64,000 bases of DNA, taken from contig NIVC01002152.1 of the NCBI GenBank assembly GCA_002269645.1, positions 62,001-126,000 on the forward strand, given 5' to 3'. This document shows positions 12,206 to 23,304 of this stretch, piece after piece; positions within the stretch are counted from its first letter, which is position 1; every line of letters starts with the position of its first letter. Below the pieces are notes generated by a model. That model saw only the letters and a list, made by a program, of their open reading frames with translations, searched no databases and was not told the DNA's origin. The position numbers were made by a program, and so were the translations under genes. Origin of the DNA: Macrostomum lignano (lineage: Eukaryota).

Positions 12206-12964
12206 AAACCCACTATTTAATGCTCCAGTTCTGAAAACTGTATTGCCTTAACGAATCTAATGAATCTACTTAAAGATCTCAGTACGATAATACTGAGTGA
12301 GAACAACTTGGTAAACTTAATATTTCCAATACAGTTCAAAAATTTGGAAAAATAGAACAAAGCATAAAAATTGAAACCTTTATTATTATTAGTATGTACG
12401 AGTATTTTGGTACAAAGCGACAATGTGGGATTTTATTGGAATACATTACTTCCATCCAAATACAATTAAATACAGGTTCCTACTAATCTAATTGGAATGA
12501 TGTCTACTTTAAAAAGTAATCAATCAGGTCATTAACAAAAGCGTGGAAGGACATTGAAAGGCAGGGCGTAAAAATAAATAAATCACAGCTTCTGACCCCT
12601 AAATATAATAGTTATACATCGGTAAATTTGTAAAAATTTAGCAATCGGAATAACAATGATGGCTTTAAATGGTTTAACAAGTCTTGCTAGGAGCCTAAGA
12701 CGATTAAGGCAGTGAGTAAGACTAAAAAAAATTGAATTATAAGGATTTCAAAAAGGATTGTTGCATTTAATAAACTTGCTAAACGATTTCGAAGGCATCA
12801 GGGAAAAGTCACTGTTACACGAATGAGTAGAGTCGTTGGTTAAAATGATAGAAATTCAAATACTGTATGCTGCTCAGAATCAAACTAACAGAGCCAAATT
12901 GTGCGCGACTATGTACAAATAGCCGTAAAACTCGATTGATTATAAACGATTGCTAATAAGCCAC

Positions 12965-13465
12965 AGTATACACGCTCAAGTCCTTCCCTACCCCAGCCAA
13001 TGTATACACACCCAAACCCTTCCCCACCCCAGCCAATGTACACACGCTCAAGTCCTTCACTATCCCAGCCAATGTACAATACACACGCTCAAATCCTTCC
13101 CTACCCCAGCCAATGTACACACGCTCAAATTCTTCCCTACCCCAGCCAATGTATACACGCTCAAGTCCTTCACTATTCCAGCCAATGTACACACGCTCAA
13201 ATCCTTCCCCACCCCAGCTAATGTACACACGCTCAAATCCTTCACTACCCCAGCCAATGTACACACGCTCAAGTCCTTCACTATCCCAGCCAATGTACAC
13301 ACGCTCAAATCCTTCCCTACCCCAGCCAATGTACACACGCTCAAATCCTTCCCTACCCCAGCCAATGTATACACGCTCAAGTCCTTCACTATTCCAGCCA
13401 ATGTACACACGCTCAAACCCTTCCCCACTCCAGCCAATGTACACACGCCCAAACCCTTCCCAGTC
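12965..13465. repeat. 36-bp minisatellite (AATGTACAC family) just 3' of the NR-B stop
   Basis: Unit CCCAGCCAATGTACACACGCTCAAATCCTTCCCTAC. Confidence 0.93.
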
Positions 13466-13509
13466 ATCAAAGTGTGCCAATAAGTTAATAAATCGACAAA
13501 TTTGCTAGA

Positions 13510-16500
13510 TTAAATCCGCCGAGACGATACAGCGTGCGGAAATTCATTCAACGAAAACTCCAGCATCTCGGACACGAGCTGCGGCGGCAGGAAGGCGTTG
13601 CTACGTACAACAGTAGACCAGAAACCAACTGAAGCAATCTTCAACGCCATCAGGTTGTTCATAAGCAGCAGCAGACTGCTGCGGCGCAGGCTATCCGGGC
13701 AGAGCTGGCGCAACTCGCGCAGGTAGCTGGTCTGCACCAGCTCGATTTGGCTGGGATCTTGCCAGCCATGTCCGGCAGAACCCTCAAATAAAAATATTGC
13801 TTTTAGAAGCAGAAATTCCGATCGGGTTACCTGAAGAAAGAGAAATTAAGAAAATTTGATTAAAAAAAAGCACGTAACAAAAGTGTGCCCAAATACTTTC
13901 CGAGAATGTACAGCCCCCTTTTCTAAACCCTCCCCTCAACACGCCTATTAATGTACACCTGCTCTCAACCCTCTCCTCAACACGCCCCTCAACAGTACAC
14001 CAGCTTTAAGCCCTCCCCTCAACACGCCTATTAATGTACACCCGCTCCTACCCTCAACACGCCTATTAATGTACACCCGCTCCTCCCCTCAACACGCCTA
14101 TTAATGTACACCCGCTCCTTCCCTCAACACGCCTATTAATGCACGCCCGCTCCTCCCCTCAACACGCCTATTAATTTACACCCGCTCCTCCCCTCAACAC
14201 GCCTATTAATGTACACCCGCTCCTACCCTCAACACGCCTATTAATGTACACCCGCTCCGCCCCTCAACACGCCTATTAATGTACACCCGCTCCTTCCCTC
14301 AACACGCCTATTAATGCACGCCCGCTCCTCCCCTCAACACGCCTATTAATGTACACCCGCTCCTACCCTCAACACGCCTATTAATGTACACCCGCTCCTC
14401 CCCTCAACACGCCTATTAATGTACACCCGCTCCTACCCTCAACACGCCTATTAATGTACAACCGCTCCTTCCCTCAACACGCCTGTTAATGTACACCCGC
14501 GCCTCCCCTCAACACGCCTATTAATGCACACCCGCTCCTCCCCTCAACATGCCTATTAATGTACACTGGCTCTAACCCTCCCCTCAACACGCCTAATAAT
14601 GTACACTGGCTCTAACCCTCCCCTCAACACGCCTAATAATGTACACTGGCTCTAACCCTCCCCTCAACACGCCTATTAATGTACACTGGCTCTAACCCTC
14701 CTCTCAACACGCCTAATAATGTACACTGGCTCTAACCCTCCCTCAACACGCCTAATAATGTACACTGGCTCTAACCCTCCCCTCAACACGCCTATTAATG
14801 TACACTGGCTCTAACCCTCCTCTCAACACGCCTAATAATGTACACTGGCTCTAACCCTCCTCTCAACACGCCTAATAATGTACACTGGCTCTAACCCTCC
14901 CCTCAACACGCCTAATAATGTACACTGGCTCTAACCCTCCTCTCAACACGCCTAATAATGTACACTGGCTCTAACCCTCCCCTCAACACGCCTAATAATG
15001 TACACTGGCTCTAACCCTCCCCTCAACACGCCTAATAATGTACACTGGCTCTAACCCTCCTCTCAACACGCCTAATAATGTACACTGGCTCTAACCCTCC
15101 TCTCAACACGCCTAATAATGTACACTGGCTCTAACCCTCCCCTCAACACGCCTAATAATGTACACTGGCTCTAACCCTCCCCTCAACACGCCTATTAATG
15201 TACACTGGCTCTAACCCTCCCCTCAACACGCCTAATAATGTACACTGGCTCTAACCCTCCCCTCAACACGCCTAATAATGTACACTGGCTCTAACCCTCC
15301 CCTCAACACGCCTAATAATGTACACTGGCTCTAACCCTCCCCTCAACACGCCTAATAATGTACACTGGCTCTAACCCTCCCCTCAACACGCCTAATAATG
15401 TACACTGGCTCTAACCCTCCCCCCAACACGCCCACGAATGCGCAACTTCAGTAACCCTTCCATTAAGAGCTCAACAGGCGCTTAACTTTCTAATTTGTAA
15501 AACAAATTTACTCCTATAATTCAACACTCTTCTCTTGACAGAAATGAATTCCAGTCACCTGCCACAGGGTAAGCCATCGAATCAAGCAGCGCAGGTGTTG
15601 ACCAGTTTTCGGCGAGAAGAAGCCGCGAAATTGAAGACCGTATGCTTCATTTATACTCAGGTCTGAGCAGAACACGATGTTGCCATTGTAGGGGACTGAG
15701 TTCATCGCTACCTCAAATGCGATTAATTCAAGGCAGTGAAGCTGCAACAACAGCACCTGTCAAAAGAGATGAATGACGCCTATCGTATTAGCTAAACTTT
15801 GGGATTCTAGAGTTTCTAAAAAAGGATATTAGAATCCAAGAAAATTCGAGAACGAGACTCGCCGCAATTCAAGAATTGCTGTTCTCAGAAGCTCAGAACG
15901 GGGTATCCGAATTCCAGAATGGGATATTCCAGAATCCCAGAATGGGGATCCTAGAATCCCAGAATGGGGATCCTAGAATCCCAGAATGGGGATCACAGAA
16001 TTCCAGACTGGGGATCCCAGAATTCCAGAATGGGGATCCCAGAATCCCAGAATGGGGATTCCAGAATTCCAGAATGGGGATCCCAGAATCTCAGAATGGG
16101 GATCCCAGAATTCCGGAATCGGGATCACAGAATCTCAGACTGGGGACCCCAGAATCCCAGAATGGGGATCCTAGAATTCCAAAATGGGGATCCCATAATC
16201 TCAGAATGGGATATTTCAGAATTCCAGAATGGGATATTCCAGAATTCCAGAATGGGGATCCCAGAATTCCAGAATGGGGATCCCAGAATCCCAGAATGGG
16301 GATCCTATCCAGAATGGGGATCACAGAATCCCAGACTGGGGATCCCAGAATTCCAGAATGGGGATCCCAAAATTCCAAAATGGGGATCCCAGAATCTCAG
16401 AATGGGGATCCCAGAATCCCAGAATGGGGATCCCAGAATTCCAGAATGGGGATCCCAGAATTCCAGAATGGGGGTCCCAGAATCCCAGAATGGGGATCCC

Positions 16501-19500
16501 AGAATCCCAGAATGGGGATCCCAGAATTCCAGAATGGGGATCTCAGAATCCCAGAATGGGGTCCCAGAATCCCAGAATGGGGATCCCAGAATCCCAGAAT
16601 GGGGATCTCAGAATTCCAGAATGGGGATCTCAGAATTCCAGAATGGGGATCTCAGAATTCCAGAATGGGGATCTCAGAATCCCAGAATGGGGATCCCAGA
16701 ATCCCATAATGGGGATCCTAGAATTCCAGAATAATGCCAGATAATGCCAGACATGATGAGAATCACCTCCCACGCCACCCAATTAACTCGCCTTGTCCTG
16801 CATTGGCAGCGGGCCAAATCCGGGCACAGCTTTAGCAAACTTGACCAGGTCGGCAATCAGCCTGTCCGTGCACAGCGTCAGCGTGTAGGCCAGCCTGGCC
16901 GGGGTCTCGGCCACGCCGCTAGCAGACACGTCGCTAAGGCTAAACGTTGGAGAATCGATAGCGGCCAGCTGGCTCAGCAGAGTTAGCGACTGCACTGCCG
17001 CAGGCGAATGCGGGTGCGGGGGCGGGAGCGGAGACGGCGGAGGAGGCAGCGGAAGTGTAGCGGCGGAAGTAGCTGCGGCGGTAGAGGCAGAAGCGCCATT
17101 GGCAGAAGGGAAACTCGCCGTTGGCTGATTAGGAAAGTCGGAGATCGATGAAGGTGGCTGTGAGCTGTAATGGAGAGGTATTTCATGGAATAATATTGGA
17201 TTACACTCCGGCTTCAAGGATCCCAAATATTTGACATCTGGGGGCATTAACAACCTCGAAATCAAAGGATCTGGGGAGCATTGTAACCTGGGAATTGTTG
17301 GGATCTGGAGGGGTGATTGGGATCTGGAGGGATTAACAGTAGAACTACCAAGAGGGGGGATTTCCCCCCTCTGACAATTTTTTTGCTGCGCCGGAACGGA
17401 GCAACGCAGGCACACGAAATTCAAGAATACGGGCTAACTATTTGTTGCGCACCTTCTCAAACAATAATCAAGTCGCCAGCCCTCCAGACCGTCGAGATAT
17501 TCGACGATTCTGTTAGAAGGTCGGATTCTTCCCATAAGCGCCAGTGTATTCAGTACACCCCTGTGCGCCAATCAGCACTGCGCCTCAGTGCAGCCTTGCC
17601 AAGCCTCTAAATTTTATCAGAACGTCGACCACGTGTGTCTGCATCAGTTCTGCCTTCGATGGTCAATAGCCTTCACCCAGGTGGAGCTTCTGGACCCTCA
17701 ACAGGTGGCACCAGGTGATTATGAACACCCTGATCCGAATTTCTCTAGTTTCGCTGATCAAGCCTTGACAGTGGGCAAGCCTCAACCGCCGGACATTCTC
17801 AGCTGGTCTCTCGAGCCTTGATAAAAGAGCATGATGAAAAATCACGCTCAGGTGTCCTTAATCACCCGGTGCCACTTGTTGAAGGTGCCGACGGCGTCGG
17901 GGTGATGACTGAAGGCTCGAGAGACTAGCTGAGAATGTCCGGCAGTTGAGGTTTGCCCATTATTGAAGCTTGATAAGAAAAATCTGACATAGCTCCAACA
18001 GGCTCTTCATAGTCACCTGGTGCCACCTGTTGAAGGTGCCGACGGCGTCAGGGTGATGGCTGAATGCTTGACTGACCAACTGAGGATGTCCAGCAGTTGA
18101 TTTTTGCCCACCGTCGAGGCTTGATCGACGAAACTAGAGAAATCCGCATCAGGGTGTCGATAGTCACCTGGTGTAATCTGTTGAAGGAGTCGACGGCGTC
18201 GGAATGATGACGGAATGCTTGAGAGACTAGCTGAGAATGTCTGGCGGTTGATTCTTGCCCACTTTTGAGGCTTGATCGGCGAAACTCGAGAAATTCGCAT
18301 CAGGGTGTTCATAGTCGCCTGGTGTCATCTTTTGAAGGTGCCGACGGCGTCCGGGTGAAGACTAAATGCTCGAGAGACCAGCTGAGAATACCTAGCAGTT
18401 GAGGCTTGCCCAAAAAAAAGTTAGAAAGTTAGCCCGTGTTCTTGAATTTCGTGTGCCTGCGTTGCTCCGTTCCAGCGCAGCAAAAAAATTTGTCAGGAGG
18501 GATTCCCCCCCTCTTGGTAGTTCGACGGGCGGAAAAAAGGCTTGGTATTCCTACTTTTAATGGTTGGTAACTGGGGGGAATTAATGGGATCTGGGGGGTT
18601 AATGGGATCGGGGGGGGGGTAATAGTATCGGGGGGAGGTTAATGGTATCTGGGGTAGGGGTTAATGGTATCTGGGGTGGGGGTTAATGGTATTTGGGGTG
18701 TGGGTTAATGGTATGGGGGGGGGTTAATGGTATCTGGGGTGGGGGTTAATGGTATCTGGGGTGGGGGTTAATGGTATCTAGGGTAGGGGTTAATGGTATC
18801 TGGGGTAGGGGTTAATGGTATCTGGGGTAGGGGTTAATGGTATCTGGGGTAGGGGTTAATGGTATCTGGGGTAGGCGTTAATGGTATCTGGGGTGGGTGT
18901 TAATGGTATCTGGGGTAGGGGTTAATGGTATCTGGGGTGGGTGTTAATGGTATCTGGGGTAGGGGTTAATGGTATCTGGGGTAGGGGTTAATGGTATCTG
19001 GGGTGGGGGTTAATGGTATGGGCGGGTTAATGGTATCTGGGGTGGGGGTTAATGGGATCTGGGAGGGTTAATGGTATCTGGGGGTTAATGGGATGTGGGG
19101 TAGAGTTTGGATGGGATCTGGGGGGGGGGGTTAATGGGATCTGAGGAGATTTAATGGGATCTGAGTCTGTATGTATGCAGCGCATCCTAGGAACCAGGAC
19201 GTTAAGACTGCCGAACAGGAGTCCATTAAAATGGTTTAAGCTTTTTTGGTACATTCGCCATATATGAGTCGGATATTCAAGCTCATACTACAAGTGCTAA
19301 CCTAGCATTGCCTTCCTGCTGCTGCTGCTGCTGCTGAGGACGCAGCCTTGGATACCGCTTGGTCTCTGTGCCGGCTTCAACGCTGCGCAGCAGACCCGGT
19401 CGCATGTTGGCGCGCAGACAGCGGCGCCACCGGCAGGCGGGGCACTGCTTCCTATTGGGCTCGCGCACCGGGCACAGCTGATCATCGCTAGCGCCAGACA

Positions 19501-19717
19501 GGCGCCTGGCGCACTGGTAAGTCAGGCAGGAGTGCACGGTGCGTTTGAAAAACGTTTTACAAGCGTTGCACGTGGCCGCGCCGTAGTGAACGCCGGTTGC
19601 GCGCAGGTCGCACACGGAGCAGCCGCCCAGCAGGTCAACAATCGGCCGCTGCTCAGCCGGGGCAGCGGCCGCTTCGTCGACATCAATGGCCGTGTCCTTC
19701 GTCTGGCCCGCCAGCAT
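13510..19717 (-). CDS. Nuclear receptor NR-B, divergent ERR/NR3-like, 4 exons, ~435 aa
   Basis: Exons 19717-19302 (AG|GTTAGC, phase 2), 17164-16792 (TTACAG| ... AAG|GCGAGT), 15756-15559 (TTGACAG| ... CAG|GTGACT) and 13830-13510 (CTTCAG|) total 1308 nt in frame. DBD CSVC...CNACKTFFKRT...[31 protein letters not shown]|[25 protein letters not shown]-2 QLVSEML. Confidence 0.88.
13925..15435. repeat. 35-bp then 40-bp minisatellite in NR-B intron 3 (AATGTACAC family)
   Basis: CCCTCAACACGCCTATTAATGTACACCCGCTCCTC, switching at ~14560 to CCTCAACACGCCTAATAATGTACACTGGCTCTAACCCTCC. Confidence 0.95.
15900..16735. repeat. 22-bp minisatellite in NR-B intron 2
   Basis: Unit GAATGGGGATCCCAGAATTCCA / GAATGGGGATCCCAGAATCCCA. 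Confidence 0.95.
17342..18523. mobile_element. Foldback-like non-autonomous element with ~98-bp terminal inverted repeats and internal ~151-bp repeats
   Basis: 17342-17439 (GAACTACCAAGAGGG...GGGCTAACT) is the reverse complement of 18427-18523. Internal units start at ~17861, 18011, 18162 and 18313, with one inverted copy at ~17695-17822. No TSD is evident. Confidence 0.75.
18570..19160. repeat. 22-bp G-rich minisatellite in NR-B intron 1
   Basis: Unit GGTATCTGGGGTAGGGGTTAAT; related GGGATCTGG units also occur at 17290-17335 on the other side of the foldback element. Confidence 0.92.
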
Positions 19718-19731
19718 GTAAAAAAAATTAT

Positions 19732-20212
19732 TTCTAAGAAAGTTACACTAGATTTTCAGGTATTTCTACGAAATCAAAGCCTACATGTAGTTAGCTCAAA
19801 TTTTAAAGAAACATATTGGTCAGTTTTTGTTAATTTTTAAGAAAAAATTAGGACTAATTTTAGCGCTTCTAAGAAATATAATAGGGTTTCTGTGAATTTT
19901 AACGATAGTTTCGGTCAGTTTCATAGAAATAAAAGTTTGTCTACGTCACTTTCTAAGAAGCCAATTTTCTTAATTACTAAGAAATGTAAGGCTATTCATT
20001 ACAAATTTGATTTCTAAGAATCAGAGTTGATTTTTAACTATTTAAAAAAAGTATGTCTATGTTTATAAGAAATACAGGGCTTCAATTTATGTCAGTTTCT
20101 AAGAAATGAATCGTTGGCTTTTTGATTTTCAAAGAAGTCTGTGGTTAGCTTTACAGATTTTTTAAAGATGCAGTTAAGTTTAAATAGGTTAGTCTTAAAC
20201 TCTTTCTAAGAA
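19732..20212. promoter_or_regulatory. Cluster of TTCN3GAA (GAS/STAT-type) palindromes upstream of NR-B
   Basis: TTCTAAGAA at 19732, 19867, 19951, 20012, 20097 and 20204; also TTCTACGAA 19764, TTCATAGAA 19920 and TTCAAAGAA 20128. Function is inferred only. Confidence 0.35.
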
Positions 20213-20465
20213 ATCTTGGGTACTCCTTAAAAGTTAAAGACCAGTTGTTGGCTTAGGGATAATTTCTAATTTAAAAAGTAGGGTAGCTTCAGAATATTTT
20301 TTTCTCGAATTCTATGCCCTATTTTAGACAGTAAAATAAAAAACACAGAAAAGTCACAGTGTTGCAATTGCAGCAGCAGTTAGAATTCGCTCTGCTAACT
20401 GAAAGCTTCTTTAATACAACAAGCAACAAAAAGCAGCAATTCAGCAGCCAGATCTGACAGTAATG

Positions 20466-20693
20466 TATCCGGCCATCAGGAAATTTATTGCGCTTATTCT
20501 TTCATTGCTCCTCATTGCGCAAATTCCTATTTTCAGTTAAACCTCTCCTACTGTGAAAGTGATGCAATACAAATAAAAAAATTAAAACTGGGTGATTATT
20601 TTATGTTGAATAAATATATTACACATATGCTTTTTGCTCTAACTGATTATAATTCGCAATAAATGCCACAACAATTTTCCGGATGGCCAGATA
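20466..20693. mobile_element. Possible short MITE
   Basis: TATCCGGCCATCAGGAAA near 20466 versus reverse complement TATCTGGCCATCCGGAAA ending at 20693; TSD not clear. Confidence 0.4.
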
Positions 20694-21284
20694 TTTAATC
20701 AATACTAATAAGTACTCTCTGCACTTCCTCCGACAATAAACAAAAAACAATAGCAATAATGAAAAGCTTGCGAGAAAATAACATTTAGATTCATCTCAGC
20801 TATGACAGAACAAGATTCGCCAGCACAATGCCAGCTATACTACTCATAGCAAACACAAACGCATCGGGGTGTATTTTTCTAGGCGATTTTATGAAAATTA
20901 ATATGGCGCTTTTCATTTTTTTCAATCCGGATTTGAGGGTGAGGCAGTTAAACAAACACGCAAAGTGCACATTGTTCTATGCTATTACTATACTAATCAA
21001 CATCTGCATAGCTAATTAGCTGATAAACTTAACGAAGTACAACGTATAGCACATTGATTAAAAATGAAAGCAATCTGTTGAAACTTAAAAAATTTAAACT
21101 GATGCCAAAATGTACACACAGATGAAATAGACCGGCACAGGTAATGTTAATCTGACTAGAGATCAGTCCCGAGCTCGAACCCGCTTAGCAATGATTGAGG
21201 CTTGGAAGATTTGTCTGAGGCAAAATTAGACAATCAGATACCAGATTGGTCTAATATAAGTATATAAGTATGGAAATTATAGAT

Positions 21285-21825
21285 AATAAACACTATCCCA
21301 TTGTTTATCAGTGAGCAATAAACACTATCCCATTGTTCATCAGCGAGCAATAAACACTATCCCATTGTTTATCAGTGAGCAATAAACACTATCCCATTGT
21401 TCACCAGTGAGCAATAAACACTATCCCATTGTTTATCAGTGAGCAATAAACACTATCCCATTGTTCATCAGCGAGCAATAAACACTATCCCATTGTTTAT
21501 CAGTGAGCAATAAACACTATCCCATTGTTTATCAATGAGCAATAAACACAATCCCATTGTTCACCAGTGAGCAATAAACACTATCCCATTGTTTATCAGT
21601 GAGCAATAAACAGTATCCCATTGTTTATCAGTGAGCAATAAACACTATCCCATTGTTTATCAGTGAGCAATAAACACTATCCCATTGTTTATCAGTGAGC
21701 AATAAACAGTATCCCATTGTTCACCAGTGAGCAATAAACACTATCCCATTGTTTATCAGTAAGCAATAAACACTATCCCATTGTTCATCAGCGAGCAATA
21801 AACACTATCCCATTGTTTATCAGTT
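21285..21825. repeat. 32-bp minisatellite starting a few nt after the NR-C stop
   Basis: Unit AATAAACACTATCCCATTGTTTATCAGTGAGC. Confidence 0.95.
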
Positions 21826-21831
21826 TCCACC

Positions 21832-23209
21832 TCATTTGAAACACTCGGAAGCGGCGGCTTTATCTGCAGCGCTCTGCATAGCGGCCAGATCCGAGGATAT
21901 TCGGGGCACCTGGCCGAGGGAGAATTTCAGCATCTCGGACATCAGCGGCGGCGGCAGGAATGTGGTCCGCTGCATCACCCGGGACCAGTAGCCGACTGAG
22001 AATACCTGTATAGCGGACAGCATGCCGCTCAGAGACAGCAGCTTGCCTCGGCGAGCATTGTCCGGACAGATGGTCCGCAGCTCCCGCAGGTAGGTGGCCT
22101 GGGCGGCCTGGATCTGCTCCGGCTGGCGCCATTCGTCCAGTGGGGACGTGGCGTCGAAAAGAAACACCAATTTGAGCAGGAGGAACTCCGCCCAGGTGAC
22201 GCCTGTGCTGGTCAGCAGGCGGGCCAGACACCGCATCTGGCTGCCGCAGCGAACCGGGATCAGGCCGGCCACGCTGGAGGCCTGCGGGACAGATGATGAC
22301 AAAATATATCAGCTTTTTATAGGCTTGTTTGCCATTGTTTCTACTGACAGTAGGCTGTTGCAGTAGGGGCTTGAAGTTTTGGCATAGAGTGCCTGCGAAG
22401 CTACAGTCCACGCCTGTGGATCTGGGAAGGTGGCAGTGGCCCAGCAACTGAGGATCTGGGAGGCTGGTCCAGCAACTGGGGATCTGGGAGGCTGGCCCAG
22501 CAACTGGGGATCTGGGAGGCTGGCCCAGCAACTGGGGATCTGGGAGGCTGGCCCAGCAACTGGGGATCTGGGAGGCTGGCCCAGCAACTGGGGATCTGGG
22601 AGGCTGGCCCAGCAACTAGGGATCTGGGAGGCTGGCCCAGAAACTGACACTCTGGGAGGCTGGCCCAGAAACTGACACTCTGGGAGGCTGGCCCAGAAAC
22701 TGAGGATCTGGGAGGCTGGCCCAGCAACTGAGGATCTGGGAGGCTAGCCCAGAAACTGAGGATCTGGGGACCTGGGAGGCTGGCGCAGTGTTAGCGATGA
22801 GTTCTTTCAGTTTCATCTTTACATGACTACAAAGGAAAGGATAATTGGAGAAGCAGGAAAAGCACTTTTTGTCGTCAAAGGAAAACTTATGGAAGCCAAA
22901 GCGAAAACACTTTGCTAGGCTAAAAATGCTTTGCTGACTTCTGAAAATACGAGTACTTCCCACGATTAAGCACCTGGGATCACAGGGCACCAGCTGCTGT
23001 GCGAAGCGATAACAAAAGCATATCCTGTCTTTTGCCCCCCCCCCTCCCGACCAGTTCTGGCAGTTGAAACGCTTCGGTTAAAAACATCGCTTTTTTGCTT
23101 GTCCATTAGCCTGCCTTGCTTGCCTGTCTGCCTGCCTGACTGCCTGCCTGTCTGCCTGCCTGCCTGCCTGCCTGTCTGTCTGTCTGTCTGTCTGCCTGTC
23201 TGCCTGCCT

Positions 23210-23304
<95 letters not shown>

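Noticed and set aside
17588-18312. Repeated peptide PGDY.HPD..FSSF.DQA.TVGK in ORFs of the foldback element
   Set aside because: The unit is ~151 bp, not a multiple of 3, and occurs on both strands, so it is non-coding.
21285-21825. CRISPR-like appearance of 28-36-bp repeats with hairpins (also 1384-1897 and 11505-13465)
   Set aside because: Units are contiguous with no unique spacers, there are no cas genes, and the context is eukaryotic.
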